The position numbers and the translations under genes are program-made. Below are positions 1-9,422 of a stretch of DNA of 64,000 nucleotides, in pieces. The notes beneath the pieces were generated by a model. It searched no databases and was not told the origin of the DNA. It saw only the letters and a program-made list of their open reading frames with translations. The DNA is from Candidatus Eiseniibacteriota bacterium (GTDB taxonomy: Bacteria > Arandabacterota > Arandabacteria > Arandabacterales > Arandabacteraceae), in NCBI GenBank assembly GCA_043808325.1, contig JAZDEY010000082.1:3636-67635 (forward strand), in the 5' to 3' direction. Within the stretch, counting starts at the first letter, position 1; every line of letters starts with the position of its first letter.

Positions 1-443
1 TCGTCCACAATGATCACGTCCACGCCGTGCGGAGCCAACTCCAATGCGGCTGCAATTCCTGCTGGCCCCGCGCCGATCACGAGCACGCCGATATCGATTG
101 TGCGAATCGGGGTAAGGTCTCGAGGTGGGGTGTCTGCCTCGGGAAGGCCCGGAGTGCCGTCGCAGGCGGTAAGGCTCATTCCTTCCCGCACCTGGGTCAT
201 GCATCCCTTGACCGGTATCCCGTTCGCCATCACCATGCACTGGGCACACTGGCCGTTGGCGCAGAAAATCCCCTGAGGGCTTCCATCCTTCTCGTGATGG
301 CCGAAGACGGTGATGCCGTGGGCAAAGAGCGCCGAGGAAATCACTTCCCCTGGCTTAGCCCACAGTGTCTTCCCAGCGAAGGTAAAAGGGATATTGGCCT
401 CGCCTTCGGGGGCGAGAATCGGGTGCTTCTCTATCCTATGCAT
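1..443 (-). CDS. FAD/NAD(P)-binding oxidoreductase with N-terminal 2Fe-2S (sarcosine-oxidase-alpha/HcnA-like) domain; C-terminus truncated by window edge
   Basis: Manual minus-strand translation from ATG at 443 gives MHRIEKHPILAPEGEANIPFTFAGKTLWAKPGEVISSALFAHGITVFGHHEKDGSPQGIFCANGQCAQCMVMANGIPVKGCMTQVREGM..., then the dinucleotide-binding motif IGVLVIGAGPAGIAAALELAPHGVDVIIVD. Absent from the ORF track because there is no stop inside the window. The overlapping plus ORF 27..701 has no recognisable motif. Confidence 0.6.
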   Translation of the reverse strand, partial: MHRIEKHPILAPEGEANIPFTFAGKTLWAKPGEVISSALFAHGITVFGHHEKDGSPQGIFCANGQCAQCMVMANGIPVKGCMTQVREGMSLTACDGTPGLPEADTPPRDLTPIRTIDIGVLVIGAGPAGIAAALELAPHGVDVIIVD

Positions 444-654
444 ATTGCCCAGTCCACCTGTCCAAGCCGACGGCGAGTCAAGCCGATCTTCTCGGGACGC
501 GGTCTCGTCCCGGCACACGGTATCACCGATTTCGTGCGCATCCTGGAGATCATAACACCGGCTGCGAGGTTAGTCAAAATCCGACATGCTACCGACCCGC
601 TCGCCCCCCAGATGGTCAGACGAGGGAGAGGGGTTCGTGCGGAGGCGAATGGGG

Positions 655-3246
655 TTACTGAGCCGAAGCACAACCCCCGACCGAGCGCTTCCTGCCATTG
701 ATCAACTTCAAGGCTTCGAACCACATGATGCTGCCCACGCCCGCAGAAAGGCAAATCACAAGATCGATCAGGTGGAGCGTGGCAAACTGGAAGAGAGCGC
801 ACAAAAACGGAACATAAAGCACCAGGACGAGGAGAGCCACAGCGCCGCCCACTACCCACCACAGCGCCTTGTTCGGCATGCGCATCGTTGACAGGATGGT
901 CCGCGACCACGAACGATTTGTGAGTATCAGGCTCAGGTTCGCCGCGACCAGTGTCACGAAAACCAACGCTCGACTCTCGTCTTCTCCATGTTTTAGATGC
1001 TGTGCGATAAGGAACACGGCGAGCACAATCACCAATACGCTCGCGCCCTGAAGAAGGCTCACGCCTATGCTCCGCCGCCCAAATAGCGGTTCTTTGGTGT
1101 TGCGAGGCGGACGATTCATCACATCGCGCTCCTCAGGCTCCGCCTCAAATACGACCGAGCAGACCGGGTCGATGATCAGCTCCAAGAAAACGATATGAAC
1201 CGGCAGGAGGATCAGCGGCCACTTGAAGAGGACCGGAATCAGTGACATCCCGGCGATAGGCACGTGGATCGCGAGGATATAGGTCATCGCCTTCTTTATA
1301 TTGGCGAAGATTCGGCGGCCAAGCCGCACCGCCTTGACGATCGATGAGAAATCGTCGTCCAAGAGCACCAGCGCCGACGCCTCCCGTGCCACGTCTGTGC
1401 CCCACCCTCCCATCGCGATGCCGATGTGAGCGGCTTTGAGCGCGGGGGCATCATTGACTCCATCGCCGGTCATGGCAACGATCTCGCCGTTTGCCTTGAG
1501 GGCCTTCACGAGCCGGAGCTTCTGCTCGGGCACAACGCGCGCGAAGACATTCACCGTTCTTATGCGCTCACGGAGTTCCTCGTCGCTCATGCGGTCAAGT
1601 TGCGATCCGGTCATCGTTTCCCCATCCGACTTGAGCCCGATCTGCCGGGCAATATTCTGAGCCGTACCAGCGTAGTCACCGGTGATCATCACTACGCGGA
1701 TGCCTGCCGAGTAACACTCCTTGACCGACTCGGCCACGGTCGGCCGCACCGGGTCGGCAAGCCCCACCAACCCCAGGAACTCGAATGTGAAGTCATGCTG
1801 CTCGCCGGGGAGATCCGGCTCCTGGAAACGCGCCTTGGCGACCCCCAAAATGCGCAGCCCGTCAGCCGCCATAGCATGGATGTACTTGATCATCTCTGCG
1901 GTCTCGGCAGGTCCCATGTGACACAGGTCGGCGATCGCTTCGGGCGCTCCCTTGGCCGCGATCACATAATCGTGGCCGTCGGGCGATCTCCAGACCTGCG
2001 ACATGGCCAACAGGGTCTTTGACAGGGGATACTCGAAGGCCAGCATCCAGTCCTGGTGGAGATGTTCGGTCTGCGCAAGGCACGTCTCGCCCAGCTCCTT
2101 TATCGCCTTCTCCATTGGGTCGAATGGATCGCGCTGGCTGGCGAGTATGCTGAACTCAACCAGCTCATGGAATTTCTCGGGCAGCGTCCCTGCAAGATTT
2201 GCGGGGTGACGCACTTTCCAGAATTCGCCGCCGGCCAGGATTCTCGCGACCGACATGCGATTGAGCGTAAGGGTGCCGGTCTTGTCCACGCACAGGACCG
2301 TGGCCGAACCCAGGGTTTCGACAACCGGCACGTGGCGCGTAAGAACCTGGCTCTTGGAGATGCGCCAAGCCCCCAGCGCCAGGAAGATCGTGAGCACCAC
2401 GGGGAACTCCTCGGGCAGCATCGCCATGGCGAGCGTGATCCCTGCGAGAGAACCGTTCTTCCAATCCCCGCGGGTGAGCCCGTAGACAACGATCACTATG
2501 AGACACAGCGACAATCCCAGTACCGCGAGGTCGCGCACCAGTCGCCGCGTTTCTTTCTGGAGCGGCGTGGCTTCCTGTTCGAGCGCCTGAAGCGACTTGC
2601 CGATCTTGCCCACTTCGGTGTGAACACCGGTCGCGCGCACCTGCGCAACGCCATAGCCCTGCACCACCAGGGTGCTCGAATATATGAAGGGCCGATCCTC
2701 GCCTCCGGGGCGTTCCATATCCAGATTGGGATCGGCGGCAGAATCGGCAGCAGACTTCGTTACCGGCAGGGACTCGCCGGTCAAGAGCGATTCATCGACC
2801 AAGAGATTACTGGAAAAGAGCAGGACGGCATCGGCGGGGACACGATCACCCTCCCTTATGACGAGGGCGTCACCCCTGGCAACGTCGCGCCCGGCTATGC
2901 GCTTTTCGGCGCCGTCCCGGATCACAAGGGCCCGCGGACTCGATAGATCCCGCAGCGCCTCCAGGGCACGCTGGGTCTTCCGCTCCTGGTAGAGCGTGAT
3001 CCCTATGACCACAAACACGAAGCCCAAGAGCATCAGGGCTTCCTCGATATCCCCGAGAATTAGATAAAGAACGCCGCCGGCAACGAGGAGCAGGAACATT
3101 GGCTCCCGGACAACGTCGTAGGCAATCGCGAAGATGCTCCGCTTCTTGCTGGAAGGGAGTTCGTTCTGACCTTCCTCCCTAACACGTCTGGCTGCTTCGT
3201 CCTCCGACAGCCAAGGGATGTTCTCTATGTTGAGTTCGTGGGCCAG
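655..3246 (-). CDS. P-type cation-transporting ATPase (type II, Ca2+/Mg2+-like); probable CTG start
   Basis: TGES, CVDKTGTLT, MITGDY and TGDGVNDAPAL motifs. The track ORF starts at Met 3099, but the in-frame upstream translation (no stop until 3283) gives LAHELNIENIPWLSEDEAARRVREEGQNELPSSKKRSIFAIAYDVVREP, the conserved Cation_ATPase_N domain. No ATG/GTG/TTG in that stretch; an AAGGAGG Shine-Dalgarno sits 8 nt before CTG at 3246. Confidence 0.85.
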   Translation of the reverse strand: MAHELNIENIPWLSEDEAARRVREEGQNELPSSKKRSIFAIAYDVVREPMFLLLVAGGVLYLILGDIEEALMLLGFVFVVIGITLYQERKTQRALEALRDLSSPRALVIRDGAEKRIAGRDVARGDALVIREGDRVPADAVLLFSSNLLVDESLLTGESLPVTKSAADSAADPNLDMERPGGEDRPFIYSSTLVVQGYGVAQVRATGVHTEVGKIGKSLQALEQEATPLQKETRRLVRDLAVLGLSLCLIVIVVYGLTRGDWKNGSLAGITLAMAMLPEEFPVVLTIFLALGAWRISKSQVLTRHVPVVETLGSATVLCVDKTGTLTLNRMSVARILAGGEFWKVRHPANLAGTLPEKFHELVEFSILASQRDPFDPMEKAIKELGETCLAQTEHLHQDWMLAFEYPLSKTLLAMSQVWRSPDGHDYVIAAKGAPEAIADLCHMGPAETAEMIKYIHAMAADGLRILGVAKARFQEPDLPGEQHDFTFEFLGLVGLADPVRPTVAESVKECYSAGIRVVMITGDYAGTAQNIARQIGLKSDGETMTGSQLDRMSDEELRERIRTVNVFARVVPEQKLRLVKALKANGEIVAMTGDGVNDAPALKAAHIGIAMGGWGTDVAREASALVLLDDDFSSIVKAVRLGRRIFANIKKAMTYILAIHVPIAGMSLIPVLFKWPLILLPVHIVFLELIIDPVCSVVFEAEPEERDVMNRPPRNTKEPLFGRRSIGVSLLQGASVLVIVLAVFLIAQHLKHGEDESRALVFVTLVAANLSLILTNRSWSRTILSTMRMPNKALWWVVGGAVALLVLVLYVPFLCALFQFATLHLIDLVICLSAGVGSIMWFEALKLINGRKRSVGGCASAQ

Positions 3247-3505
3247 AGGAGGATCCTCCTTAAGAGAGCACCGCCCATTGCTTCATGCGAGAGCGGCCAG
3301 TAATCCAATAAGACGCCGCGAGCCCAAAGCCTGAATCCGCGGCCACCCCACCGGCATACGGGCATCCTGGAGATAATAGCGCACGCCATCCGAATAGTCA
3401 AAAGTGACATAGCCAGCGGCAGGCCTGCGTCGCCGGTGTCGCGTCCAAGCGCAGAGAATCAGGTTGACCCAAGCGGCCCTGCGTGATAGGACTGCTCGCT
3501 ACGAA

Positions 3506-3534
3506 TTGACATGTGGCTCCGCCCTTGGTAGGGT
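3506..3534 (+). promoter_or_regulatory. candidate sigma70-like promoter (TTGACA-N17-TAGGGT) upstream of 3598 gene
   Basis: Hexamers read directly; the -10 is weak. Confidence 0.2.
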
Positions 3535-3597
3535 TAGGCTATTCGCGACCATCGGGAGGAAGGTCCTCTGGCCGGGTCTGCACGGATTGGGGTACTA

Positions 3598-4671
3598 GTG
3601 AGACATATTTTGCTAGCTTTTGGGGTGGCGGCGGCTCTAGCTTTGTTGCCGGCGGCTGTACGGGGAGAGGCATCTTCCCAGCGCGAGGCCACGGGGCCTC
3701 TTGTGGCCGTGTTCCGCGCCCACGACACCCCGAGCGACGGTGGCAGCAGCATTACCGTTCAGTGGAGGGGCACGGGCGACAGCATCCTTGTAGTTATGCG
3801 ATCGACCGTCCGCGATGGCCCCTTTGAAGCCGTCGGCGAGGCACCCGCCTCCGAGGGCACCTTCGCCGATCTTGCGACCGTGGACGGCACCAAGTATTTT
3901 TATAGGCTGGCTCTGCCTACCGAGGGCGACACGCTCTACAGTGAGGTGGCGGGGCCAGTGACCTCGTATATCCGCGTTGCGCGAAAGGGCAAAGATCTCT
4001 ACATCAGGAGAATCGCCGGATTGAGTGCGCTCGATGAAGCCGTGGGGAGAGCCACAGAGATGGGAAGGAAGATCTTCTACATTCCCGGCATCATGAGTCT
4101 TAGCGAGATCCAGACGATCGCCAGCCTCTCGATTCTCGCCCACGTGGCCAAGCAGAGTGCCATCTACGGGGCATCACTAGAGGTTCCCAACACGGACCCC
4201 CTGACCTTCACGGCTGCGCGGGAGACCGTCAAGCAGGCTTACATGGAAGCCGGAAAGCCGGATCAGTTCAAAGAGGAGATGGTGACTTACATCACTTACG
4301 ACCAGTTTGCCTATGCTGCTTCGGTCTCGGGAAAGATGGTCCGGGAGAGGCCCGCCACCAATTTCCTGATCGGATCCTTCTTCGCCGAGTCGCTGATCTT
4401 CGCTGAGACCGGCCAGAGTATCGGCGCGATCCAGATCGCGGGCACAGCGGATGTGACTCAACTTCCCTTCTTTGTCACGGCCTGTGACTACACGCTGATC
4501 GGTGAGGAGCTCTACGCGGCAAGCGCTTACCTCTCACGCGAGCCCGTGCTCCTCGGCAGCATCAAGGCCCAGGACGTGATCAAGGCCATCCTGCTTATGA
4601 CGATCGTGGTGGGTATAGTCGCTTATGCGTTCGGCGTTGACTTCGTAAGGACAATGCTCACGGCGCGCTGA
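3598..4671 (+). CDS. secreted hypothetical protein (signal peptide, Fn3-like N region, C-terminal TM helix)
   Basis: N-terminal MRHILLAFGVAAALALLPAAVRG signal peptide; C-terminal hydrophobic LLMTIVVGIVAYAFGV; no catalytic motif recognised. Confidence 0.5.
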   Translation: MRHILLAFGVAAALALLPAAVRGEASSQREATGPLVAVFRAHDTPSDGGSSITVQWRGTGDSILVVMRSTVRDGPFEAVGEAPASEGTFADLATVDGTKYFYRLALPTEGDTLYSEVAGPVTSYIRVARKGKDLYIRRIAGLSALDEAVGRATEMGRKIFYIPGIMSLSEIQTIASLSILAHVAKQSAIYGASLEVPNTDPLTFTAARETVKQAYMEAGKPDQFKEEMVTYITYDQFAYAASVSGKMVRERPATNFLIGSFFAESLIFAETGQSIGAIQIAGTADVTQLPFFVTACDYTLIGEELYAASAYLSREPVLLGSIKAQDVIKAILLMTIVVGIVAYAFGVDFVRTMLTAR

Positions 4672-4750
4672 GCAGCACCAATCACTACTTATTCTCTCCA
4701 GGAATTTGGTGTACGCCGATGATCGTTCAAAGTGCCATTGGGGTGTATCC

Positions 4751-5890
4751 ATGAGAATCGCTTTCGTGTTGCCCGGCTATCCGTGGAGGCCGGTGGGCGG
4801 CTTCCGAGTGGTCTACGAATATGCCAACGGGCTCGTTGCAAGAGGTCACGACGTGTCAGTTGTACATCCGAGGCGGCTAGCGAATGACATCCCCACAACC
4901 ACGCCGAGGCGCTTACTCCGGCTCCGACTACAGGCCGGCCGGCTGCGTAATTTGATCATGCGGCCCGTGGTGCGCTGGGCTCCGATTGACGAGCGCGTCA
5001 GAATGCTATACGTTCCCGAACCCCTTCCCAGGTACGTCCCGGACGGCGACGCCGTGTTTGCCACCGCCTGGCAGACCGCGGAGTACGTCGGAGCCTACCC
5101 CGAGGGGAAGGGCGACAGATGCTACCTCGTACAGTCCTACGAGGTCTGGAGCGGGCCCCGCGAGCGGGTGGACGCAACCTGGCGAGCCCCCCTCAAGAAG
5201 GTAGTGATCGCGAGATGGCTCTATGAGAAGGGGCTGGAGCTGGGGGTCGCCGCGGACCAGATGATGCATGTTCCCAACGGCATCAATCACGCGAGATACC
5301 GGATCGTCCTACCGATTGAGGAGCGCAGGCCACAGGTGGCCATGTTGTACAGTCCGCTCGGCTGCAAGGCGTCGGAGGATGGGATCCGGGCCCTGGAACT
5401 GGCCCGGCGGAGAGTGCCGCAGATCCAGGCTCGCCTCTTCGGGACCGGCCCGCGGCCCAAGGACCTTCCGAGATGGATTGACTATTTCCGTGACCCCGCG
5501 CAGACCCGTCTCATCGAGAACATCTACAACGGCAGCAGCATCTACTTGTGCTCGAGCCTCGCCGAAGGCTGGGCGCTTCCTCCAGCCGAGGCTATGGCCT
5601 GTGGGTGTGCGCTGGTATCAACCGACATCGGCGGAGTCCGGGATTATGCGCAACATGAAGTGACTGCCCTGCTCTCTCCCCCGGGAAACCCTGAGAAACT
5701 TGCCGCGGCCCTTATACGTTCCCTCACTGATGAACGCCTGCGGACCGGGATCGCCAGATCGGGCAACGAGTGCATCAAGGGGTTCACCTGGGAGAGAAGC
5801 ACGGACCTACTCGAGCAGTTCTTGGAACAGGAGGAACGCCATGGGATCACGCCTGGACGAATTTCGCGCCTACAGAGAGAAGATGAATGA
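4751..5890 (+). CDS. glycosyltransferase, GT-B fold family 4 (GT1/GT4)
   Basis: MRIAFVLPGYPW N-terminus and the C-terminal EX7E-type region EGWALPPAEAMACGCALVSTDIGGVRDY. Start moved to the internal ATG at 4751, a typical GT4 N-terminus. Confidence 0.75.
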   Translation: MRIAFVLPGYPWRPVGGFRVVYEYANGLVARGHDVSVVHPRRLANDIPTTTPRRLLRLRLQAGRLRNLIMRPVVRWAPIDERVRMLYVPEPLPRYVPDGDAVFATAWQTAEYVGAYPEGKGDRCYLVQSYEVWSGPRERVDATWRAPLKKVVIARWLYEKGLELGVAADQMMHVPNGINHARYRIVLPIEERRPQVAMLYSPLGCKASEDGIRALELARRRVPQIQARLFGTGPRPKDLPRWIDYFRDPAQTRLIENIYNGSSIYLCSSLAEGWALPPAEAMACGCALVSTDIGGVRDYAQHEVTALLSPPGNPEKLAAALIRSLTDERLRTGIARSGNECIKGFTWERSTDLLEQFLEQEERHGITPGRISRLQREDE

Positions 5891-6182
5891 AAGGATTCTC
5901 GCGGGGGACCACCTGGGAATGAAGCGTTTCTTCAGGCTGGACGCCGCTGCCTATGAGGACGGGGCCCTTTCCGGGAAGACCAAGGAGCTGGTGGGCCTGG
6001 TCGCCTCGACGGTCTTGAGATGCAACGATTGCATCGATTACCACCTTGGACAATGTGTGAAAGCCGGCTATAGCGATGCCGAGATCTACGATGCCCTGAA
6101 TGTCGCTCTGGTAGTCGGGGGAAGCATTGTGATTCCGCACCTGCGCCACGCTTATGAGACCGTAGAGTTGCTCCGGAAATAG
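5841..6182 (+). CDS. carboxymuconolactone decarboxylase/AhpD-family protein
   Basis: CNDCIDYH (CxxCxxxH) AhpD-like motif. ATG at 5841 is preceded by GGAGGAACGCC and overlaps the GT4 gene end by 50 nt. Confidence 0.6.
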   Translation: MGSRLDEFRAYREKMNERILAGDHLGMKRFFRLDAAAYEDGALSGKTKELVGLVASTVLRCNDCIDYHLGQCVKAGYSDAEIYDALNVALVVGGSIVIPHLRHAYETVELLRK

Positions 6183-6194
6183 GGTTAGAGCCAA

Positions 6195-6212
6195 GGGCGG
6201 CAAGGGCCGCCC
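6195..6212 (+). terminator. GC hairpin GGGCGGC-aagg-GCCGCCC after the AhpD-like gene (no U-tract)
   Basis: Perfect 7-bp inverted repeat read directly; no T-run follows. Confidence 0.25.
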
Positions 6213-6252
6213 CTTGGGCGCCGTGGGTCCATATCCTCATCCTAGAAAGCGC

Positions 6253-6281
6253 TTGACTTGGCGCATCCGGCGGGCTAAACT
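6253..6281 (+). promoter_or_regulatory. candidate sigma70 promoter for gdhA (TTGACT-N17-TAAACT)
   Basis: Hexamers at 6253-6258 and 6276-6281. The leader contains the hairpin GCCTGCcttGCAGGC and the RBS AAGGAGGAG at 6366-6374. Confidence 0.35.
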
Positions 6282-6379
6282 CTCTCGAATAGTGAGCAAG
6301 GCCTGCCTTGCAGGCGGATTCTTAACCCAATGTCAGTCGAACCGGCGGTGTTTTCAACACCTGTCCAAGGAGGAGAAAC

Positions 6380-7741
6380 ATGGCAGACTATGTCAGCGAT
6401 TTAATGGCATGGGTCAAGGCGAAGAACCCGGCTGAGCCGGAATTTCACCAGGCAGTGGAGGAAGTCGCAAGTTCGGTGGCAGTGGTGCTGGAGCGCCGCC
6501 CGGAGTATCGCAAGGCGAAGATCCTCGAGCGCATGATCGAGCCCGAGCGCGTATTCATGTTCCGGGTTCCCTGGATGGACGACAGCGGCAACATCCATAT
6601 CAACCGTGGTTTCAGGATCCAGATGAATAGCGCCATAGGCCCTTACAAGGGCGGTCTCAGGTTCCACCCCACGGTCAATCTGGGCATACTCAAGTTCCTT
6701 GCCTTCGAGCAGGTCTTCAAGAACTCCCTCACCACGCTTCCCATGGGCGGCGGCAAGGGCGGCAGCGATTTCGACCCCAAGGGCAAGAGCGACAACGAAG
6801 TGATGAGATTCTGCCAAAGTTTCATGAGCGAGCTCTTCCGCCACATCGGCCCGGATACCGACGTACCGGCGGGCGACATCGGAGTAGGCGGACGCGAGAT
6901 CGGCTTCCTGTTTGGCCAGTACCGGAAACTACGCAACGAATTCACCGGCGTCTTAACCGGCAAGGGCCTGAAGTGGGGTGGGTCGCTCATACGTCCGGAA
7001 GCCACCGGCTACGGAGCCGTGTATTTTGCTGCCGAGATGCTCGGCACCAGGAAGGAAACCCTGGAAGGCAAGATGTGCCTCGTTTCCGGAAGCGGCAACG
7101 TGGCGCAATACACCGTCCAGAAGATCAATCAGATGGGCGGCAAGGCCGTCACCCTATCGGATTCCAGCGGATACATCTACGATCCCGAGGGAATCGATGA
7201 TAAGAAACTGGCATTTGTAATGGACCTGAAGAACGTCCGGCGCGGCCGCATCAAGGACTACGTCGACCAGTTCAAGAAGGCCACTTACACCCAGATTGAT
7301 GCCGGCCTGGGCTATAATCCGCTGTGGAATCACAAGGCCCACTGCGCGTTTCCCAGTGCCACCCAGAACGAGATCGACCGCAGGGATGCCGAGAATCTCG
7401 TGAAGAACGGCGTATACGTGGTATCCGAAGGCGCCAATATGCCCACCACTCCCTCGGGAGTGGAAGTGTTCCTCGATGCCAAGATTCTTTATGGCCCCGG
7501 CAAGGCCGCAAATGCCGGCGGAGTCTCCTGCTCGGGACTCGAAATGTCCCAGAACAGCATGCGCCTCAGCTGGCCGAGAGAGGAAGTCGACCAGCGCCTG
7601 CACGGTATCATGAAGAGCATCCACAAGACCTGCGTGGACGCCGCGACGGCCTTCGGCACGCCGGGCAACTACGTAAATGGGGCGAACATCGGCGGCTTCC
7701 TCAAGGTGGCCGATGCGATGCTCGAGCAGGGCTTGGTTTAA
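6380..7741 (+). CDS. gdhA: NADP-specific glutamate dehydrogenase
   Basis: PYKGGLRFHP and TLPMGGGKGGSDFDP Glu/Leu/Phe/Val dehydrogenase signatures; 453 aa, colinear with bacterial GdhA. Confidence 0.95.
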   Translation: MADYVSDLMAWVKAKNPAEPEFHQAVEEVASSVAVVLERRPEYRKAKILERMIEPERVFMFRVPWMDDSGNIHINRGFRIQMNSAIGPYKGGLRFHPTVNLGILKFLAFEQVFKNSLTTLPMGGGKGGSDFDPKGKSDNEVMRFCQSFMSELFRHIGPDTDVPAGDIGVGGREIGFLFGQYRKLRNEFTGVLTGKGLKWGGSLIRPEATGYGAVYFAAEMLGTRKETLEGKMCLVSGSGNVAQYTVQKINQMGGKAVTLSDSSGYIYDPEGIDDKKLAFVMDLKNVRRGRIKDYVDQFKKATYTQIDAGLGYNPLWNHKAHCAFPSATQNEIDRRDAENLVKNGVYVVSEGANMPTTPSGVEVFLDAKILYGPGKAANAGGVSCSGLEMSQNSMRLSWPREEVDQRLHGIMKSIHKTCVDAATAFGTPGNYVNGANIGGFLKVADAMLEQGLV

Positions 7742-7768
7742 GGTTAGCCCTACCGGAAAAGAGACAGC

Positions 7769-7800
7769 GCGGGAGGCTCAGGCCTCCCGCGTCTGTATTC
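7769..7800. terminator. bidirectional intrinsic terminator hairpin GCGGGAGGC-tcag-GCCTCCCGC between convergent gdhA and radical SAM genes
   Basis: Perfect 9-bp stem followed by GTCTGTATTCT on the plus strand. Confidence 0.45.
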
Positions 7801-7809
7801 TAGCCAGAC

Positions 7810-8865
7810 TCATTCGGGGACCACATTAAGCTTGGCGCCGCACTTGCGGCACTTCCTGCCATCGAGCCCGGTCACCCTGGACGAGAACCCCGTCCGCTCG
7901 ATCACTGTGGTCCCGCAGCCGGCACAGTAGGTGTTCTCGTACCGGCCCGCGGGAAGGTTCCCCGCGTAGACATACTTGAGACCGCTCGCCTTACCGATTT
8001 CCGCGGCATCGAAGATGGTCTCCGACGGTGTCCAGTCCTTGTCCTGACGCTTGTAGCCAGGATGGAATCTCGAGACATGCCAGGGTATCTCCGGCGAGAT
8101 CGACACGATGAAGCAAGCCAGCTCACGCAGCTCGACCTTGCTGTCATTCTCACCCGGTATCACCAGCGTCGTTATCTCCAGGAAGATGCCCTCCTCATGC
8201 ATCAGCCTGATTGCCTCCAGGACCGGGGCAAGCCGCGCCCGGCAGCGCGTCTTGTAGAATTCGTCACTGAAGGACTTGAGGTCGACATTGGCGGCATCAA
8301 TCACTCCGGCCATTTTCTCCACGGTCTCTGGAGTCTGGTAGCCGTTGGTGACGAAGATATTCTTAAGGCCGGCCTGCTTGGCCAGCACGGCCGTATTGTA
8401 CGCGAACTCAAAGAAGATCGTGGGCTCGGTATAGGTATAGGAGATGCTCTTGCACCCCTGCGACCGGGCCTCGGCGACGACCTCTGCAGGCACGAACTCC
8501 TCACCGTAGATCGAGCCTTCGTCATGCGTCATCTGAGAGATCTGCCAGTTCTGGCAGAAGTCACAGAAGAAATTGCAGCCAGGGGCCGCTATTGAGTACG
8601 AGCGGGTGCCCGGCAGGAAGTTATAGAGGGGTTTTTTCTCAATGGGATCGACCGCACGCGATATCAGCTTTCCGTAGACCAGGGTATAGAGCGTGCCCTC
8701 GGAATTGAGCCGGACACCGCAAAGCCCGCGTTTGCCTTTCTCTACGGCGCAGCGATGGGCACAAAGGAAGCAGAGCACCGTGCCGTTCCGACGTCTCCAC
8801 AACATTGCTTCTTTCATAAGCCCTCGGCCGCTCGCCAACGTTATCTTACCCCTCGCACCTAACAA
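7810..8865 (-). CDS. amrS: AmmeMemoRadiSam-system-type radical SAM enzyme (AmrS/PflA-like activase family)
   Basis: CFLCAHRC...GLCGVR N-terminal Cys region, DPIEKKPLYNFLPG, the radical-SAM CNFFCDFCQNW (CxxxCxxC) and a C-terminal CAGCG...CRKCG zinc-ribbon-like pair. True start may be an internal Met (MKEAM/MLWRRR). Confidence 0.8.
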   Translation of the reverse strand: MLGARGKITLASGRGLMKEAMLWRRRNGTVLCFLCAHRCAVEKGKRGLCGVRLNSEGTLYTLVYGKLISRAVDPIEKKPLYNFLPGTRSYSIAAPGCNFFCDFCQNWQISQMTHDEGSIYGEEFVPAEVVAEARSQGCKSISYTYTEPTIFFEFAYNTAVLAKQAGLKNIFVTNGYQTPETVEKMAGVIDAANVDLKSFSDEFYKTRCRARLAPVLEAIRLMHEEGIFLEITTLVIPGENDSKVELRELACFIVSISPEIPWHVSRFHPGYKRQDKDWTPSETIFDAAEIGKASGLKYVYAGNLPAGRYENTYCAGCGTTVIERTGFSSRVTGLDGRKCRKCGAKLNVVPE

Positions 8866-8958
8866 AGTAAAGTGCCCAGACTCAGGGTTTGAGGATTGAC
8901 AACCAGCCCGGGCTTAGTAAGATACAGACGTGAAACCGCAGACAACGGGAGCCTGGTA

Positions 8959-9411
8959 ATGCCGCTATCGCCATTCGAGGAGATTATCAACTTCGCTCGG
9001 GACAAGGAAAAGGAATCCATAGCCTTCTATGAGGATCTCGCCCGCAAGACAGGCGATCCCGCGAAGAAGGACGCGATCCTCGCCATGGCCGATGAGGAAC
9101 GGAAGCACGAGAAACTCCTTCGTGGATTGACACCCGAGAGCCTTCAGTTTGCAAAGGGGTCTTCACAACCGGACATGAGGCTCGGCGACTACATGATCGA
9201 CCTCGAACCGTCGGGCGATCTCACATACCAGGAACTCCTGGTGATCGCGATGAAGCGAGAGGAGAAGTCCCGGGCCCTCTATGCCGACCTGGAGGCGAGG
9301 GCCGCCGATAGCGCAACCGGCAAGGTCTTTACCCTGCTCAAGGGTGAAGAGCTCAAACACAAGACGAAACTGGAAAAAGAGTACGAAGGGCACGTCTTCT
9401 GGGAAGGATAA
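8959..9411 (+). CDS. ferritin-like diiron protein, rubrerythrin family (no rubredoxin domain)
   Basis: ExxH-type pairs EERKHE and EELKHK in a four-helix layout. Paralogous to 37309..37782. Start taken at internal ATG 8959 (MPLSPFEEI). Confidence 0.6.
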   Translation: MPLSPFEEIINFARDKEKESIAFYEDLARKTGDPAKKDAILAMADEERKHEKLLRGLTPESLQFAKGSSQPDMRLGDYMIDLEPSGDLTYQELLVIAMKREEKSRALYADLEARAADSATGKVFTLLKGEELKHKTKLEKEYEGHVFWEG

Positions 9412-9422
9412 GAGCTCGCCTC

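Noticed and set aside
27-701. 224-aa plus-strand ORF at window start
   Set aside because: No motifs; lies antisense to a clearly recognisable 2Fe-2S/FAD oxidoreductase N-terminus on the minus strand. Long antisense ORFs are expected at this GC content.
2056-2946. 296-aa plus ORF
   Set aside because: Antisense to the P-type ATPase; Arg/His-rich low-complexity translation.
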